From: Candidatus Latescibacterota bacterium
Lineage (GTDB): Bacteria; Latescibacterota; UBA2968; GCA-2709665
DNA length: 64,000 nucleotides
Reading direction: 5' to 3'
Assembly (NCBI GenBank): GCA_965116875.1
Contig: OZ220733.1
Location: 3,072,001 to 3,136,000, forward strand
Made by a program: the position numbers and the translations under genes. The notes beneath the pieces were generated by a model. It had not been told where the DNA came from, did not search any database, and saw only the letters and a list, made by a program, of their open reading frames with translations. This document shows, piece after piece, positions 10,101-19,225 of this stretch. The stretch's first letter is position 1. Each line of letters begins with the position of its first letter.

Positions 10101-10552
10101 CGCCATGCTTCACGGCCCGGCCCATGCCTGCGGGCGCGGAACGCCTCCAGGGTCTCGGGGGTGACAAAGATACGCGGGTGGTCCGGCATCGCGTCGAGGA
10201 TGCGCTCTGACGGGGGTATGGGAAGCGACACGGATTGGGGCGTGACGTGAAAGCTCCGCACGGGACCGGGCCTGGAGCGTTCACCCGCTGACGTAACCGC
10301 GAAATAACGCCAGTGCCACCGTCCACGGTCGAGTTCCACCGGCGGATTGAAGAACGGCACGTCGATGCCGGCGAAGCGCATGATTTCACCCCTGAAACCG
10401 TCGTGCCTGCAGATCTCCACGATGTATGAGTCAGCCCGGTCGTCCAGGCGCCAGATCAGGGCCGGGGGGTTCTGGATCGCGATGGAACCGTCAGCAGGCG
10501 TGATCGGGGGATGGCGGTCCGGCTGAGGCGACGTGTCAACGGCAAAGGCCAT
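7121..10552 (-). CDS. DUF4962 / heparinase II/III-like polysaccharide lyase with a C-terminal carbohydrate-binding-like module
   Basis: HPRIF, GGYTEG, SHAHQDQNGF, AHNSILVDG; C-terminal NLLCNGGFE (CBM4/9-like). Confidence 0.8.
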   Translation of the reverse strand: MAFAVDTSPQPDRHPPITPADGSIAIQNPPALIWRLDDRADSYIVEICRHDGFRGEIMRFAGIDVPFFNPPVELDRGRWHWRYFAVTSAGERSRPGPVRSFHVTPQSVSLPIPPSERILDAMPDHPRIFVTPETLEAFRARRHGPGREAWRHLKHRADALVQSAPPGLDLQSVPAGLDERRGQVFHLRDGRITFPVDFRISELKRGADTVNALSFAYLISGEKQYAEAARRWMVFISNFRVDIHQEDRGQHDTVVYCYEYGLKGMALAYDRLYDLLTPLERSSVMCHVEFHCEAAYQWIREGLQIHLNYQNSHGQQCMHALLSTVLAVATESARTREWADYLIRQYVNRVAWGSSDGGYTEGQKYGHKVQFILEALAALKTATGLDVFREPRWQNTGSFWLYCMSLNYWWNHWGDCYSLIDPNLGSDADTYVSAFLAAMTGDPAVKWWSDTRVCNPVHLPLQYLAGSGVRPGPPVDVPQARLFPDVGQLAAYDRFYDHGGSRIFFRSSPWGDHSHAHQDQNGFVIHAGGEILCCDAGYYTYSGDTYHAQWTRTTQAHNSILVDGESQRRGIAHKGEITAFFNTPDACFFTGDASGAYGELLETFHRHVLFIRPGVFVLCDILEAAEPREYTWTLNTFERADIDEAGQTMTIRQRDQRLMVRHLAGGVLRYSQNNDRPFPLKTRDWCRVTEAFPQQWNIRVTTRKRTSEQILAVLHAYTNPEGPQVDNIRRVEADGGDGVSFQSGNRSECVLFRNREGGDIEAAGIQTDGRVANVSQTGDRLERWLLHGGAHLKLHGEILLSADAECDAAANYNTRSAVAHLQVRHGTPVRLSIHLPRAPGSVFVTHPERPRNVIPVDCTWRDGMLRVDLIDAGESVLWVDPVSDLTTTPEPLQLTLADGDGRQTVELQTAIADNGDVVASSEISPREPGVYELVAEGAELLVQDRWDPDVSVRGNGRVTACLREGAEIFVRYPPDDRPDVCAHLKESRMGRLINLLCNGGFEAGIVDYPPRCWNVQHSRTHDTAWPAWCTEDAAEGNACLKFTRPTDPMSLTSRPMRLRTTGRYHLRFKARGTATHARVTVSGQQGTRLDVHVRPAETWTAYQAELDVQPGYTTVSVAFDSGGEPDQVLWMDDMEFGYIASEP

Positions 10553-10642
10553 GTGATGGGCTCCGCTGTAGATCGGAATTTTCCCGGGCTATCGACATTT
10601 CCTGCACAATATAGCTACCCCTCCGGTCCACGGGCAAGCACC

Positions 10643-10671
10643 TTGACATGCCGTTGCCGCCGGGCTATCTT
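10643..10671 (+). promoter_or_regulatory. Sigma70-like promoter for the lipoprotein-DUF350-SDR-speE operon
   Basis: TTGACA-17 bp-TATCTT. Confidence 0.55.
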
Positions 10672-10829
10672 TCTACGACTGAATCAAGCGCCCGATGTGC
10701 CCCTTACGCTGAACATACGTGCATTTCGTGAGTTGCTTGTACTTAGCTTGCATGTAATGAGCTCCGTCCCTGAGCTCGTCGAAGGATGTCGATGTGTCGA
10801 TGCGTTCCGGATGAACCAAGGAGATGCTT

Positions 10830-11510
10830 ATGCGACAGTTGCGATGGCCGGTAATTGCGTTCGCCACACTCTGGATTGCCGGGTGCGGCACGCGGGATCC
10901 CGTTCAGGAGATGCAGAAGAGCCTGGCGAAGGCGCCCGAGTATATGATCATACTGGAGGACATGCGGGAGGACGGCACTTTTTTTACCAATTACTATCAC
11001 CGATACACGGTCGTACAGGGAGAGCGGCGGGGCACAACCGAATGGATTGAGGTACCGGAGGAGGTCTATCGGCGGTACGCGGCATTTCTCGGTATGGCAT
11101 TGGTCGCCAAGTCGGACGAAGGGATGAACAGTACCCCTCATCCGCCCGGATACCACTACGTGGGGAACCCCAATTACGGGCACTGGGGGGGCGGCGGGAG
11201 TTTCTGGGTGTTCTACGGACAATACGCGTTGATGCGTGATTTAATGGGCGGGGGATACGGGCGGCAGATTTACCGCAACGACTACAACGACTATCGCAAC
11301 AGCCGAGACCGGCGCCGGCCGTACTACGGGCGCAACCGTGAGTACGGTACCGAAGGATCGGTCACAAAGAAACAAAGGCCGGCGTTTTATCAGCGCCGGC
11401 AACGGGCCATTGCAAACCGGCAGCGGTCCTTTTCCCAGAGGGTCAGGGACCGGTCCGGCCGCAACCGGTCGGGCTTTGGCAGCCGCAGCAGAGGGAGGTT
11501 TGGAAAATGA
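10830..11510 (+). CDS. Lipoprotein with Gly/Arg/Ser-rich C-terminal tail (PspA/DUF350 cluster component)
   Basis: Lipobox IAGC; PPGYHYVGNPNYGHW; tail RSGFGSRSRGRFGK. Confidence 0.75.
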   Translation: MRQLRWPVIAFATLWIAGCGTRDPVQEMQKSLAKAPEYMIILEDMREDGTFFTNYYHRYTVVQGERRGTTEWIEVPEEVYRRYAAFLGMALVAKSDEGMNSTPHPPGYHYVGNPNYGHWGGGGSFWVFYGQYALMRDLMGGGYGRQIYRNDYNDYRNSRDRRRPYYGRNREYGTEGSVTKKQRPAFYQRRQRAIANRQRSFSQRVRDRSGRNRSGFGSRSRGRFGK

Positions 11511-12352
11511 TGTGGGACAGTTTGCTGGAAACCGGGATTTACCTGGTCTGCGCGTATGTGTTGTTCTGGATCGGCAAGCTTGTTTACGACTGGACCACGC
11601 CGAGCTACCGCGTGAAGGAAGAGCTTGTGGAGAAGGACAACACAGCCCTGTCGGTGGCAATCGTGGGGTACTTCTTCGGGCTGGTTCTGGCAATTGGCGG
11701 GGTGATTTCCGGACCCTCGCACGGGCTGGAGGTGGACCTGACCGACGTACTCATCTACGGCCCGCTGTCGATCGTGCTGATGAATCTCTCGCGGGTCATC
11801 AACGACCGGCTGATCCTGCACCAGTTTTCGATCCGGGACGAGATCGTACGTGACCAGAATGCGGGTACGGGAGCGGTGGTTTGCGCGTCGTACATCGCCA
11901 CGGGTCTGGTGATTTTCGGGGCCGTGTCCGGCGAACTCGGCGGCCTGGGCACGACCGTCGCGTTTTGGGTTCTCGGACAGGCGGCGCTGGTGCTGGCGGG
12001 CATTGTCTACAACTGGGCCACACCGTACGATCTGCATACGGAAATTGAAAGGGACAACGCCGCGGCCGGCGTGGCATTCGCAGGCGCGCTGGTGGGGATC
12101 GGCATTGTGGTTCGGCACGCGGTGGCCGGAGATTTTATTTCCTGGGCGGCGAGCCTTCAGGACTTCGCCCTCGAGGTGATCATCGGGCTCGTCCTGCTGC
12201 TCGTGGTACGCGTTGGCACGGACAAGATTCTGTTGCCGGGCCTGAACCTTGCGGCTGAGATCTCGGATCCCGAAAAACCTCACCTGGGCGCCGGGTTTAT
12301 CGAAGCGTTCTCGTACGTAGGGGCATCGCTCTTGATCGTGTGGGTCTTGTAG
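11507..12352 (+). CDS. DUF350 membrane protein (two repeats)
   Basis: Repeated TPxY..EL..DNxA.xVA motifs; multiple TM helices. Confidence 0.85.
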   Translation: MMWDSLLETGIYLVCAYVLFWIGKLVYDWTTPSYRVKEELVEKDNTALSVAIVGYFFGLVLAIGGVISGPSHGLEVDLTDVLIYGPLSIVLMNLSRVINDRLILHQFSIRDEIVRDQNAGTGAVVCASYIATGLVIFGAVSGELGGLGTTVAFWVLGQAALVLAGIVYNWATPYDLHTEIERDNAAAGVAFAGALVGIGIVVRHAVAGDFISWAASLQDFALEVIIGLVLLLVVRVGTDKILLPGLNLAAEISDPEKPHLGAGFIEAFSYVGASLLIVWVL

Positions 12353-12364
12353 GAAGCGGCTGCC

Positions 12365-13165
12365 ATGGCGCATCGCCTGAAAGACAAGATCGCAATCGTG
12401 ACGGGGGCCGGCTCGGTCGGGCCCGGATGGGGAAACGGCAAGGCGGCTGCCGTACTCTTTGCGCGGGAAGGGGCCCGCGTTTTCGCCGTGGACATCAGCC
12501 CGGAGGCCGCGGAGGAGACGCAGGAGTTCATCGCGCGCGAGGGAGGGGACTGTACGGCCCACCAGGCGGACGTGTCGCGGTCCGAAGACGTGGAAGCCCT
12601 CGTCGCACGGTGCCTCGATACCTACAACCGTGTTGATATTCTGCACAATAACGTCGGCATTCTCCACGTGGGCGGATGCGTTGAACTCAGCGAGGAAACC
12701 TGGGACCGCGTGGTCGACGTGAATCTCAAGAGTATGTTTCTGACGTGTAAGCACGTACTGCCCCAAATGGAACGACAGGGCGGCGGCGCGATCGTGAATA
12801 TCTCTTCGATCACTTCGATTCGCTGGCTGGGCGTGCCCTATGTCTCCTACAGCGCGACCAAGGGTGGGGTGAATCAGCTCACCCAGAGTATTGCGATGCA
12901 GTATGCCAGGAAGAATATCCGCGCCAACTCGATACTGCCCGGATTCATGAATACACCCATGGTGGCGAAATCCCTGGCCGAATTCTACGCACAGGGCGAC
13001 GTGGAGAAGATGATTCAGATTCGTGACAACCAGTGTCCGATGGGCAGGATGGGCGATGCCTGGGACGTGGCGTATGCCGCCCTGTATCTGGCTTCGGATG
13101 AGGCGAAATACGTCACCGGCGCCGAACTCGTCGTGGACGGCGGGTTGACGTGCAAGGTGGTGTAG
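12365..13165 (+). CDS. SDR family oxidoreductase
   Basis: TGAGS..GNG, NNVG, catalytic YSATK. Confidence 0.95.
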   Translation: MAHRLKDKIAIVTGAGSVGPGWGNGKAAAVLFAREGARVFAVDISPEAAEETQEFIAREGGDCTAHQADVSRSEDVEALVARCLDTYNRVDILHNNVGILHVGGCVELSEETWDRVVDVNLKSMFLTCKHVLPQMERQGGGAIVNISSITSIRWLGVPYVSYSATKGGVNQLTQSIAMQYARKNIRANSILPGFMNTPMVAKSLAEFYAQGDVEKMIQIRDNQCPMGRMGDAWDVAYAALYLASDEAKYVTGAELVVDGGLTCKVV

Positions 13166-13186
13166 CGCGGGACAGAAGAACAGGGT

Positions 13187-14791
13187 ATGGCCGCAATAGA
13201 CAGCGACCCCGAAGACCATGGTGGCAGAGGAGCGCCCCCTCCCGTATCCTCGGGAGATTCGGGAAGCGGCCGTCTGTTGAAGGCGTGTGTGTTCGCGACC
13301 GGACTGGCGGGAATCGTCGCGGAATTCGTGCTTTCCACGCTGGCCAGCTACCTGCTCGGAAACCCCACGTTGCAGTGGACGCTGGTATTGTCGCTGATGT
13401 TCTTTACGATGGGGCTCGGAAGCCGTCTGAGCCGGCATCTTTCTGAGCGGCTGCTGGACCGGTTCATCGCGGTTGAGTTCTTCCTCTCGGCGCTGTGCGC
13501 GACGTCCGCCGCAGCGGCCTATTGGGGCACGGCGTTCGTCGAGGCGACGGGCGCCGTTATTTATGGCTATGCCGGCGCGATCGGATTCCTGATCGGACTT
13601 GAGATTCCCCTGGTAACACGCATGAACGACGCGTATGAGGAACTCAAAACCAATATCGCGTCGGTTATGGAGAAGGACTATTTCGGCGCGCTGGCGGGGG
13701 GATTGCTGTTTGCGTTTTTCGCGCTGCCGAAGCTGGGGCTCACCTATACGCCCATCGCGCTGGGCACGGTGAACTTCGCCGTTGCATCTACGCTCTTGTG
13801 GCGATACCGGAGCCTGCTGGCGCGGCCGGGCGCGCTCATCGCCGCGTTCTGGATCACCGCGGGAGGGCTTATTGCTCTGGGCGCGTTTATGCAGCCCATC
13901 ATGCGGTTCGGCGAGCAGAGCCGGTATCGGGACCGGGTGGTTTTCGAGACGCAGACCCCATATCAGCGGATCGTGATCACGCAGTGGAAGGGGTACCACT
14001 GGCTGTACCTGAACGGCGGAATGCAATTCAGCACGTACGACGAAGAACGGTATCACGAACCGCTCGTGCATCCGGCAATGGGACTGGCCGCAGCCAGGGA
14101 GCGCGTACTGATCCTGGGCGGGGGCGATGGACTGGCGCTCCGGGAAATCTTGAAATACGAAGACGTAAAACGGGTCACGCTGGTGGACCTCGACCCTGAG
14201 GTGATCCGGCTTGCGCGCACCCATCCGGTGTTCGTGGAAGCGAATGAAGGGGCGCTGGAGGATGAACGGGTGGACGTGGTCACCCGGGACGCGGGCCGGT
14301 TTCTGGCGGACGACGCGGGCATCTACGATGTCATTCTGATTGATCTGCCGGATCCGAAGGGTCCGGACCTCGCCCGCCTGTATTCGAAGGAGTTCTATTC
14401 CGCGTGCAAACAGCACCTTTCGCGGCACGGGATACTCGCGACGCAGAGTTCCAGCCCGCTCCACGCCAGGCGGGCGTTTCTTTGCGTGTACCGAACGATG
14501 AAGGCGGCGGGGTTCCAGGTCGTACCCTACCATAACGCAATTCCGACGATGGGAGACTGGGGGTGGCACCTGGCCATGAATGAGGAGGTGATTTCGAAGC
14601 CGGACCTGAAGCGGCGAGCGATGGCGCTTCGCTTTTCGGACGTCGAAACGGATTTTCTCAACGGAGAGGCAATGGTGGGTATGTTGCACTTCTGGAAGGG
14701 AATGTTCGACGGGGTCGAGAACGTAGCCGTGAATACCGAACTGGCGCCGGTGGTGGACAGGTATTACCGGGAGGGTGATTGGGGATGGTAA
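13187..14791 (+). CDS. speE: Membrane-anchored polyamine aminopropyltransferase (spermidine synthase-like)
   Basis: N-terminal TM domain; YHEPLVHP, LILGGGDG, VDLDP and DLPDP motifs. Confidence 0.9.
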   Translation: MAAIDSDPEDHGGRGAPPPVSSGDSGSGRLLKACVFATGLAGIVAEFVLSTLASYLLGNPTLQWTLVLSLMFFTMGLGSRLSRHLSERLLDRFIAVEFFLSALCATSAAAAYWGTAFVEATGAVIYGYAGAIGFLIGLEIPLVTRMNDAYEELKTNIASVMEKDYFGALAGGLLFAFFALPKLGLTYTPIALGTVNFAVASTLLWRYRSLLARPGALIAAFWITAGGLIALGAFMQPIMRFGEQSRYRDRVVFETQTPYQRIVITQWKGYHWLYLNGGMQFSTYDEERYHEPLVHPAMGLAAARERVLILGGGDGLALREILKYEDVKRVTLVDLDPEVIRLARTHPVFVEANEGALEDERVDVVTRDAGRFLADDAGIYDVILIDLPDPKGPDLARLYSKEFYSACKQHLSRHGILATQSSSPLHARRAFLCVYRTMKAAGFQVVPYHNAIPTMGDWGWHLAMNEEVISKPDLKRRAMALRFSDVETDFLNGEAMVGMLHFWKGMFDGVENVAVNTELAPVVDRYYREGDWGW

Positions 14792-14992
14792 AGAGCGGGG
14801 AGACGGGAGAAATTAAAAAAAAGGAAAAAGGAAAAAGGAAGAAGGAAAAAAGGAAAATCGGTCGCGTCAAAAGGAACACGCCGTAGGTATGATTTGGAAG
14901 GGAAAGAGAAACAAAGGTTCTGTCCTTGCATGCCAGCTCTTTCCTCATAAATCCTTTGTTTTCTTGTTATTTACGTCCTTTTTCTTATGCGC

Positions 14993-16749
14993 CAGAGTGT
15001 GTCAAAAGTAATTATAGATTGTCTATATCTTTGTTCATGCGTACCGTTGTGAAGTCCTCGTCTGTCTCCCATCCAAAAGGCGGCACAATATGGATTTCAT
15101 TCGCGGTGAATCAAGAGATCAAGGCACGTTGTTTCCGGAGCATTTGGACGATTATATCGGCAAAGATAACCCGGTGCGTTTTATCGATGTCTTTGTGGAT
15201 GACCTGGATGTGAGCGCCTTGGGTTTTCAGCGGATCGCGCCTGCCTGGACAGGGCGTCGGCCTTATGATCCGCGTGATCTGCTCAAGCTGTACATCTATG
15301 GGTATCTCAATCAGATCCGTTCTTCTCGCAAATTGGAACGTGAGACGCATCGCAATGTGGAAGTGATGTGGCTTCTCAGAAGGCTTTGTCCGGATCACAA
15401 GACGATAGCCAATTTTCGTAAGGACAACCCCAAAGCGTTTAAGGGGGTCTTTCTCGCCTTCACAGCCGTTTGTCGGCAGTTATCGCTGTTCGGGGGTGAG
15501 TTGATCGCCGTTGACGGCAGTAAATTCAAGGCCGTCAACTCTCCGCAACGCAATTTCACCAAGGACAAGTTGAAAAGAAGGCTTCAAGAACTCGAAGAAA
15601 AGATCGAGCGATATCTTCAAGAATTAGATGACCAGGATGCTCAAGACGCAGAAGCGTCATCGTCGGAAGCGGATGCTTCTATACGTGAGAAAATGCAACA
15701 TCTGAGAGAACGAAAAGTGACGTATACCCACTTGTTGGACGACCTTGAGGCGCGCGGTGAAACCCAGGTCTCGCTGACGGACCCGGACAGCCGGGCGATG
15801 CCTAAGAGCCCGAAAGCTAAAGTGGGATACAATGTCCAGGCAGCCACCGACGATAAGCATCATCTCATTGTGGAACAGGATGTGACCAATCAGGCCAATG
15901 ACAAGGCACAGTTGAGCAAAATCAGTATCGGTGCAAAAAAGGTCATGGGCGTGAAGGCCTGCCGCGCTGTTGCCGATGCGGGCTATTACAATGGTGAAAC
16001 GATCAAGGCATGCGTTGAGGAACACCTTGAGCCGTATGTGCCCAAGCCCGACACCTCCAACAGCAAAAGCAGAGGCTTATATAGTAAAGACGACTTTATC
16101 TATGATCCCCAACAGGATCATTATCTATGTCCCGCAGGGCAAGTGCTCACCTATGCTTATGACGCAACGTATCGGAAAAAAACATCCGACCCAGCCGTCA
16201 TCAAAAAACATTACACGACATCGGCGTGTAGTACCTGTGGGGTGCGGTCTTTATGCACGACAAACAAGAATGGACGCATTCTCACGCGGTGGGTCGATGA
16301 ACACCTCCTGGATGAGATGGCGCAACGTCTGGCAGAAAACCCCGAGGTGCTTAACAAACGACGAGAAATGGTGGAGCATCCCTTCGGCACGCTCAAGTTC
16401 TGGTATGGGTATGCCCACTTTCTTGTCAAAGGCCTCGACAAGGTCAAAGCCGAGTTCTCTTTGATGAGCCTTGCTTACAATATCAAGCGGACCATCAACC
16501 TCGTCGGCGTGCACAAAATGGTTAACGCCGTCTCCTGAACAGCTCACCCGGCAAAGTCTTGTCCAACAGCCACACGGTCAGCCGCTGTGCTGAGGCACTT
16601 CTACAGCCGACTCTCAACGACTTGCAAAGGACTTCTCGAACGCGGCACCGATACCTGGGCATCCGCAACGACCTTAACAGGCATCATGGATACACCCTGG
16701 AGGCATTGTGACCCACCTCCGAGTGTAATGAGAGTTTTTACACGGTCTC
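14993..16749 (+). mobile_element. IS1182-family insertion sequence
   Basis: Imperfect terminal inverted repeats (CAGAGTGTGTCAAAAGT versus reverse complement GAGACCGTGTAAAAACT), GCGC flanking both ends, encloses the transposase. Confidence 0.85.
15090..16538 (+). CDS. IS1182-family DDE transposase
   Basis: GRRPYDP, SSRKLE, PDHKTIANFR, DGSK, TDPDSR, GYNVQ, ADAGY, VEHPFG. Confidence 0.95.
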   Translation: MDFIRGESRDQGTLFPEHLDDYIGKDNPVRFIDVFVDDLDVSALGFQRIAPAWTGRRPYDPRDLLKLYIYGYLNQIRSSRKLERETHRNVEVMWLLRRLCPDHKTIANFRKDNPKAFKGVFLAFTAVCRQLSLFGGELIAVDGSKFKAVNSPQRNFTKDKLKRRLQELEEKIERYLQELDDQDAQDAEASSSEADASIREKMQHLRERKVTYTHLLDDLEARGETQVSLTDPDSRAMPKSPKAKVGYNVQAATDDKHHLIVEQDVTNQANDKAQLSKISIGAKKVMGVKACRAVADAGYYNGETIKACVEEHLEPYVPKPDTSNSKSRGLYSKDDFIYDPQQDHYLCPAGQVLTYAYDATYRKKTSDPAVIKKHYTTSACSTCGVRSLCTTNKNGRILTRWVDEHLLDEMAQRLAENPEVLNKRREMVEHPFGTLKFWYGYAHFLVKGLDKVKAEFSLMSLAYNIKRTINLVGVHKMVNAVS

Positions 16750-16959
16750 GCGCGGAAGAAAAAGGACCAAAAAGAAGCGCGCCCTTCGGCAGGGGGCCGG
16801 TTTTTCCGTGAATCACTCCAAAGGCATAAACGGGATTTGTGTGGCCTACCAACTCTTCAGCAAAGCCAGTGCAAATGCGCTGGACGGATAGGCACGGAAA
16901 AACCCCCCGTACCCCCGGTCGCCGGTTGTGAAATGCATTGATAGAGCGAAACCCGCCTT

Positions 16960-17077
16960 TCCTCCCTCTTTCCTTTAGGAGAGAGGGCCGGGGAGAGAGG
17001 TCTGGGTGGCGGGGAGTGGCGGATCTTGATCTTGCTTTTCGCCTTTTGCTGACTGCTGATCGCTGACCGCTGATAGC
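16960..17077 (+). repeat. Composite palindromic repeat with GCTGAYN heptamer tail
   Basis: GAGAGAGGGCCGGGGAGAGAGGTCTG block followed by GCTGACT-GCTGATC-GCTGACC-GCTGATA; same layout at 20560-20684. Confidence 0.7.
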
Positions 17078-17106
17078 TTCTTTTATAACCTGAAAGGTTT
17101 CCAACG

Positions 17107-17778
17107 ATGGATTTCGACGAAATCAGACACCGCCTGTCCCTGCTGGATACCGCGTGTGTATGCGATGGATACAAGGCGCTCGACCGGCCCGTGAGGGCCC
17201 TGGACCCTGGCATCCGGCCCATTACGTCCGGGTTAAGGCTGATCGGGCGCGCGCATACGCTGACCTGTCACGAGGACTTTCTGACCGTGATCGTCGCCCT
17301 TCGCGACGCCTTGCCCGGCGAAGTCCTGGTGATTGACTCTCAGGGAAGCCGCAAGGCGCTGACCGGGGAACTGTTTCCAACCGAGGCGCGGCGCAAGGAG
17401 CTGGCCGGAATCGTGAACGACGGGCCATGCAGGGATACGGCCGCGATCCGACGACAACAGCTTCCCTATTATGCCCGTTCGGTCAACCCGGTTGCCGGCG
17501 CGACGGAAAGGCTCTTCGAGACACAGGTCCCTGTGACATGCGGCGGCGTGCGCATTCATCCGGGCGAGATCGTCTTCGGAGACGACGACGGCCTGATCGT
17601 GGCTGCTGAGGATGAGATCGCGGAGGTGATTCCCGTTGCGGAAGAGGTCCGGAGGAAGGAAGCGCGTCTGCTTGCGGAGATGGGGAGAGGCCGGAGTCTC
17701 ATCGAAATGCTGAATCTCGAGGATCACTGCACGAAAATTCGCGCCGGCCAGGAGAGTAAATTGCAGTTTCTGGTATAA
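17107..17778 (+). CDS. RraA/HMG-aldolase family protein
   Basis: GRAHT, PGEVLVID, GIVNDGPCRD, GEIVFGDDDG. Confidence 0.88.
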   Translation: MDFDEIRHRLSLLDTACVCDGYKALDRPVRALDPGIRPITSGLRLIGRAHTLTCHEDFLTVIVALRDALPGEVLVIDSQGSRKALTGELFPTEARRKELAGIVNDGPCRDTAAIRRQQLPYYARSVNPVAGATERLFETQVPVTCGGVRIHPGEIVFGDDDGLIVAAEDEIAEVIPVAEEVRRKEARLLAEMGRGRSLIEMLNLEDHCTKIRAGQESKLQFLV

Positions 17779-17850
17779 ACGGAAGATGTGTCAGTAAAAC
17801 GGGGCGGACGACGTTGTGTCATCCGCCCCGTTTCGTTTATCGAAAACTGT

Positions 17851-18384
17851 CTACTCTGTCGGCAGAATGTCCGAGAACTGGTACTCTTCGACGATTTCGC
17901 CGATGGAGGCTTCAAAGTCGTCTTCGCCCCATTGCTCGATCGTCAGCGTCTTCCGTTCGGAGTCGTCCAGGTACTCCCAGGTAATCAGTTCCCGCGGGGG
18001 TCCCTCGCCGTTCTTATAGAATTCACCCGCATCGGAAGATTCCGCATAATAGGTCACGCCGTCGAAGGTCAACTCTTCGGGCGGGTCTTCGTTTTCCACG
18101 ATGTGCGATCTCAGGTCGCCGTCGATCCGGGACACGGGGACCTTGCGCGAAAGGCTCCAGCAGAGACCGTCGTCCTCCTCGCGGTCCAGGTACATCACTT
18201 CATCGGCGCAGGTCAATTCCCATTCGTCCACGCGGTCCCCATCGAAATCGTAATGGTTCTGTGCCGTGACCTTCCAGGTCTTCAGGTCATAGTCAACCAC
18301 GTACCCGGGCTTGATGTCGGAAAGCGTGAAGTCGACCACGGGGTCGACTTCATCGGTCTTTTTCCTGAATGGATTCCAGTTCAT
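17851..18384 (-). CDS. DUF4178 domain protein
   Basis: Acidic protein with EW..YL.E.DD and PPEELTFDGVTY motifs; directly downstream of pspA. Confidence 0.75.
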   Translation of the reverse strand: MNWNPFRKKTDEVDPVVDFTLSDIKPGYVVDYDLKTWKVTAQNHYDFDGDRVDEWELTCADEVMYLDREEDDGLCWSLSRKVPVSRIDGDLRSHIVENEDPPEELTFDGVTYYAESSDAGEFYKNGEGPPRELITWEYLDDSERKTLTIEQWGEDDFEASIGEIVEEYQFSDILPTE

Positions 18385-18438
18385 TGGATCGCCCCCGCGG
18401 CGCCGTGATCCTTTTTCCCGGACCGCGGCGCGCCGGTT

Positions 18439-19140
18439 CTACGCCTGGATTCCCATCTTGCTCTTGAGTTCGGCCAGCTTGTCCGCGCCCGGACTCTTTT
18501 CCTGAAGCGCGGTGTCGATCTCCTCGTCCACGCTCTTGGAAGCGTCTGCCACCTCGCCGTAGGCCTCGGAGAGGGACTCGTCCTCTTCCACCCGCTCCTT
18601 CATACGTTCGAGCATGGCAAGCGTTCCGTTGGAATCCACTTTCGCCAATTGTTTGTTGATTTTCTTTGTCGCAGCGGCTGTACGGGCGCGGGCGCGCAGC
18701 GTCACGAGGTCGTTTTCATAACCGGCGATGGAGGACTTGAGCTTGTCCACCTGGGTCTGCAGTTGCGCGGCCATCTCCTCCTGCTTGCGGGCGTTCTCGC
18801 TGAGGGTGGCGGCCCGGTTTACATTCTCTTCCTTGCGAGCAAGCGCTTCGCCGGCCAGTCGGTCGGCTTCGGCCGTATCGATCTGGTCTTTCTGGGCCCT
18901 CTGAAGCAGCGCCATGGCTTTGCGTTCGTAGTCCTCCGCGGCCTTCTTGCTGTCCGATGCCTGTTTTCGCAGGCGGATGCCCTGCCCCTTGACTTCGGCC
19001 AGGCTGGTCATCGCATTGCTGAGGTCTTTCTTGAGATCCCGGATGCCCTGTTCCGTGAGGCGAATCGGATCTTCGAGTTTGTCGATGGCCGCGTGAACTT
19101 CGGCTTGACCGACGCGAAAGATGCGTTGAAAAATTCCCAT
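18439..19140 (-). CDS. pspA: PspA/IM30 family protein
   Basis: MGIFQRIFR..IDKLEDP N-terminus, long coiled coil, LAELKSKMG C-terminus. Confidence 0.93.
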   Translation of the reverse strand: MGIFQRIFRVGQAEVHAAIDKLEDPIRLTEQGIRDLKKDLSNAMTSLAEVKGQGIRLRKQASDSKKAAEDYERKAMALLQRAQKDQIDTAEADRLAGEALARKEENVNRAATLSENARKQEEMAAQLQTQVDKLKSSIAGYENDLVTLRARARTAAATKKINKQLAKVDSNGTLAMLERMKERVEEDESLSEAYGEVADASKSVDEEIDTALQEKSPGADKLAELKSKMGIQA

Positions 19141-19225
19141 GGTGCGCTCCTCTCTGATGCGGGATTCGAAGGCCGGAGGTCGGAGACCGTAACGGACCGC
19201 GTCTCCCCGGGTCTGATCCCTGTTC

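Noticed and set aside
7226-10210. 994-aa ORF on the + strand
   Set aside because: Antisense shadow of the heparinase-like gene, expected from GC-rich codon bias; no recognisable motifs.
11390-14689. 1099-aa ORF on the - strand
   Set aside because: Antisense to the well-supported DUF350, SDR and speE genes; no domain signal.
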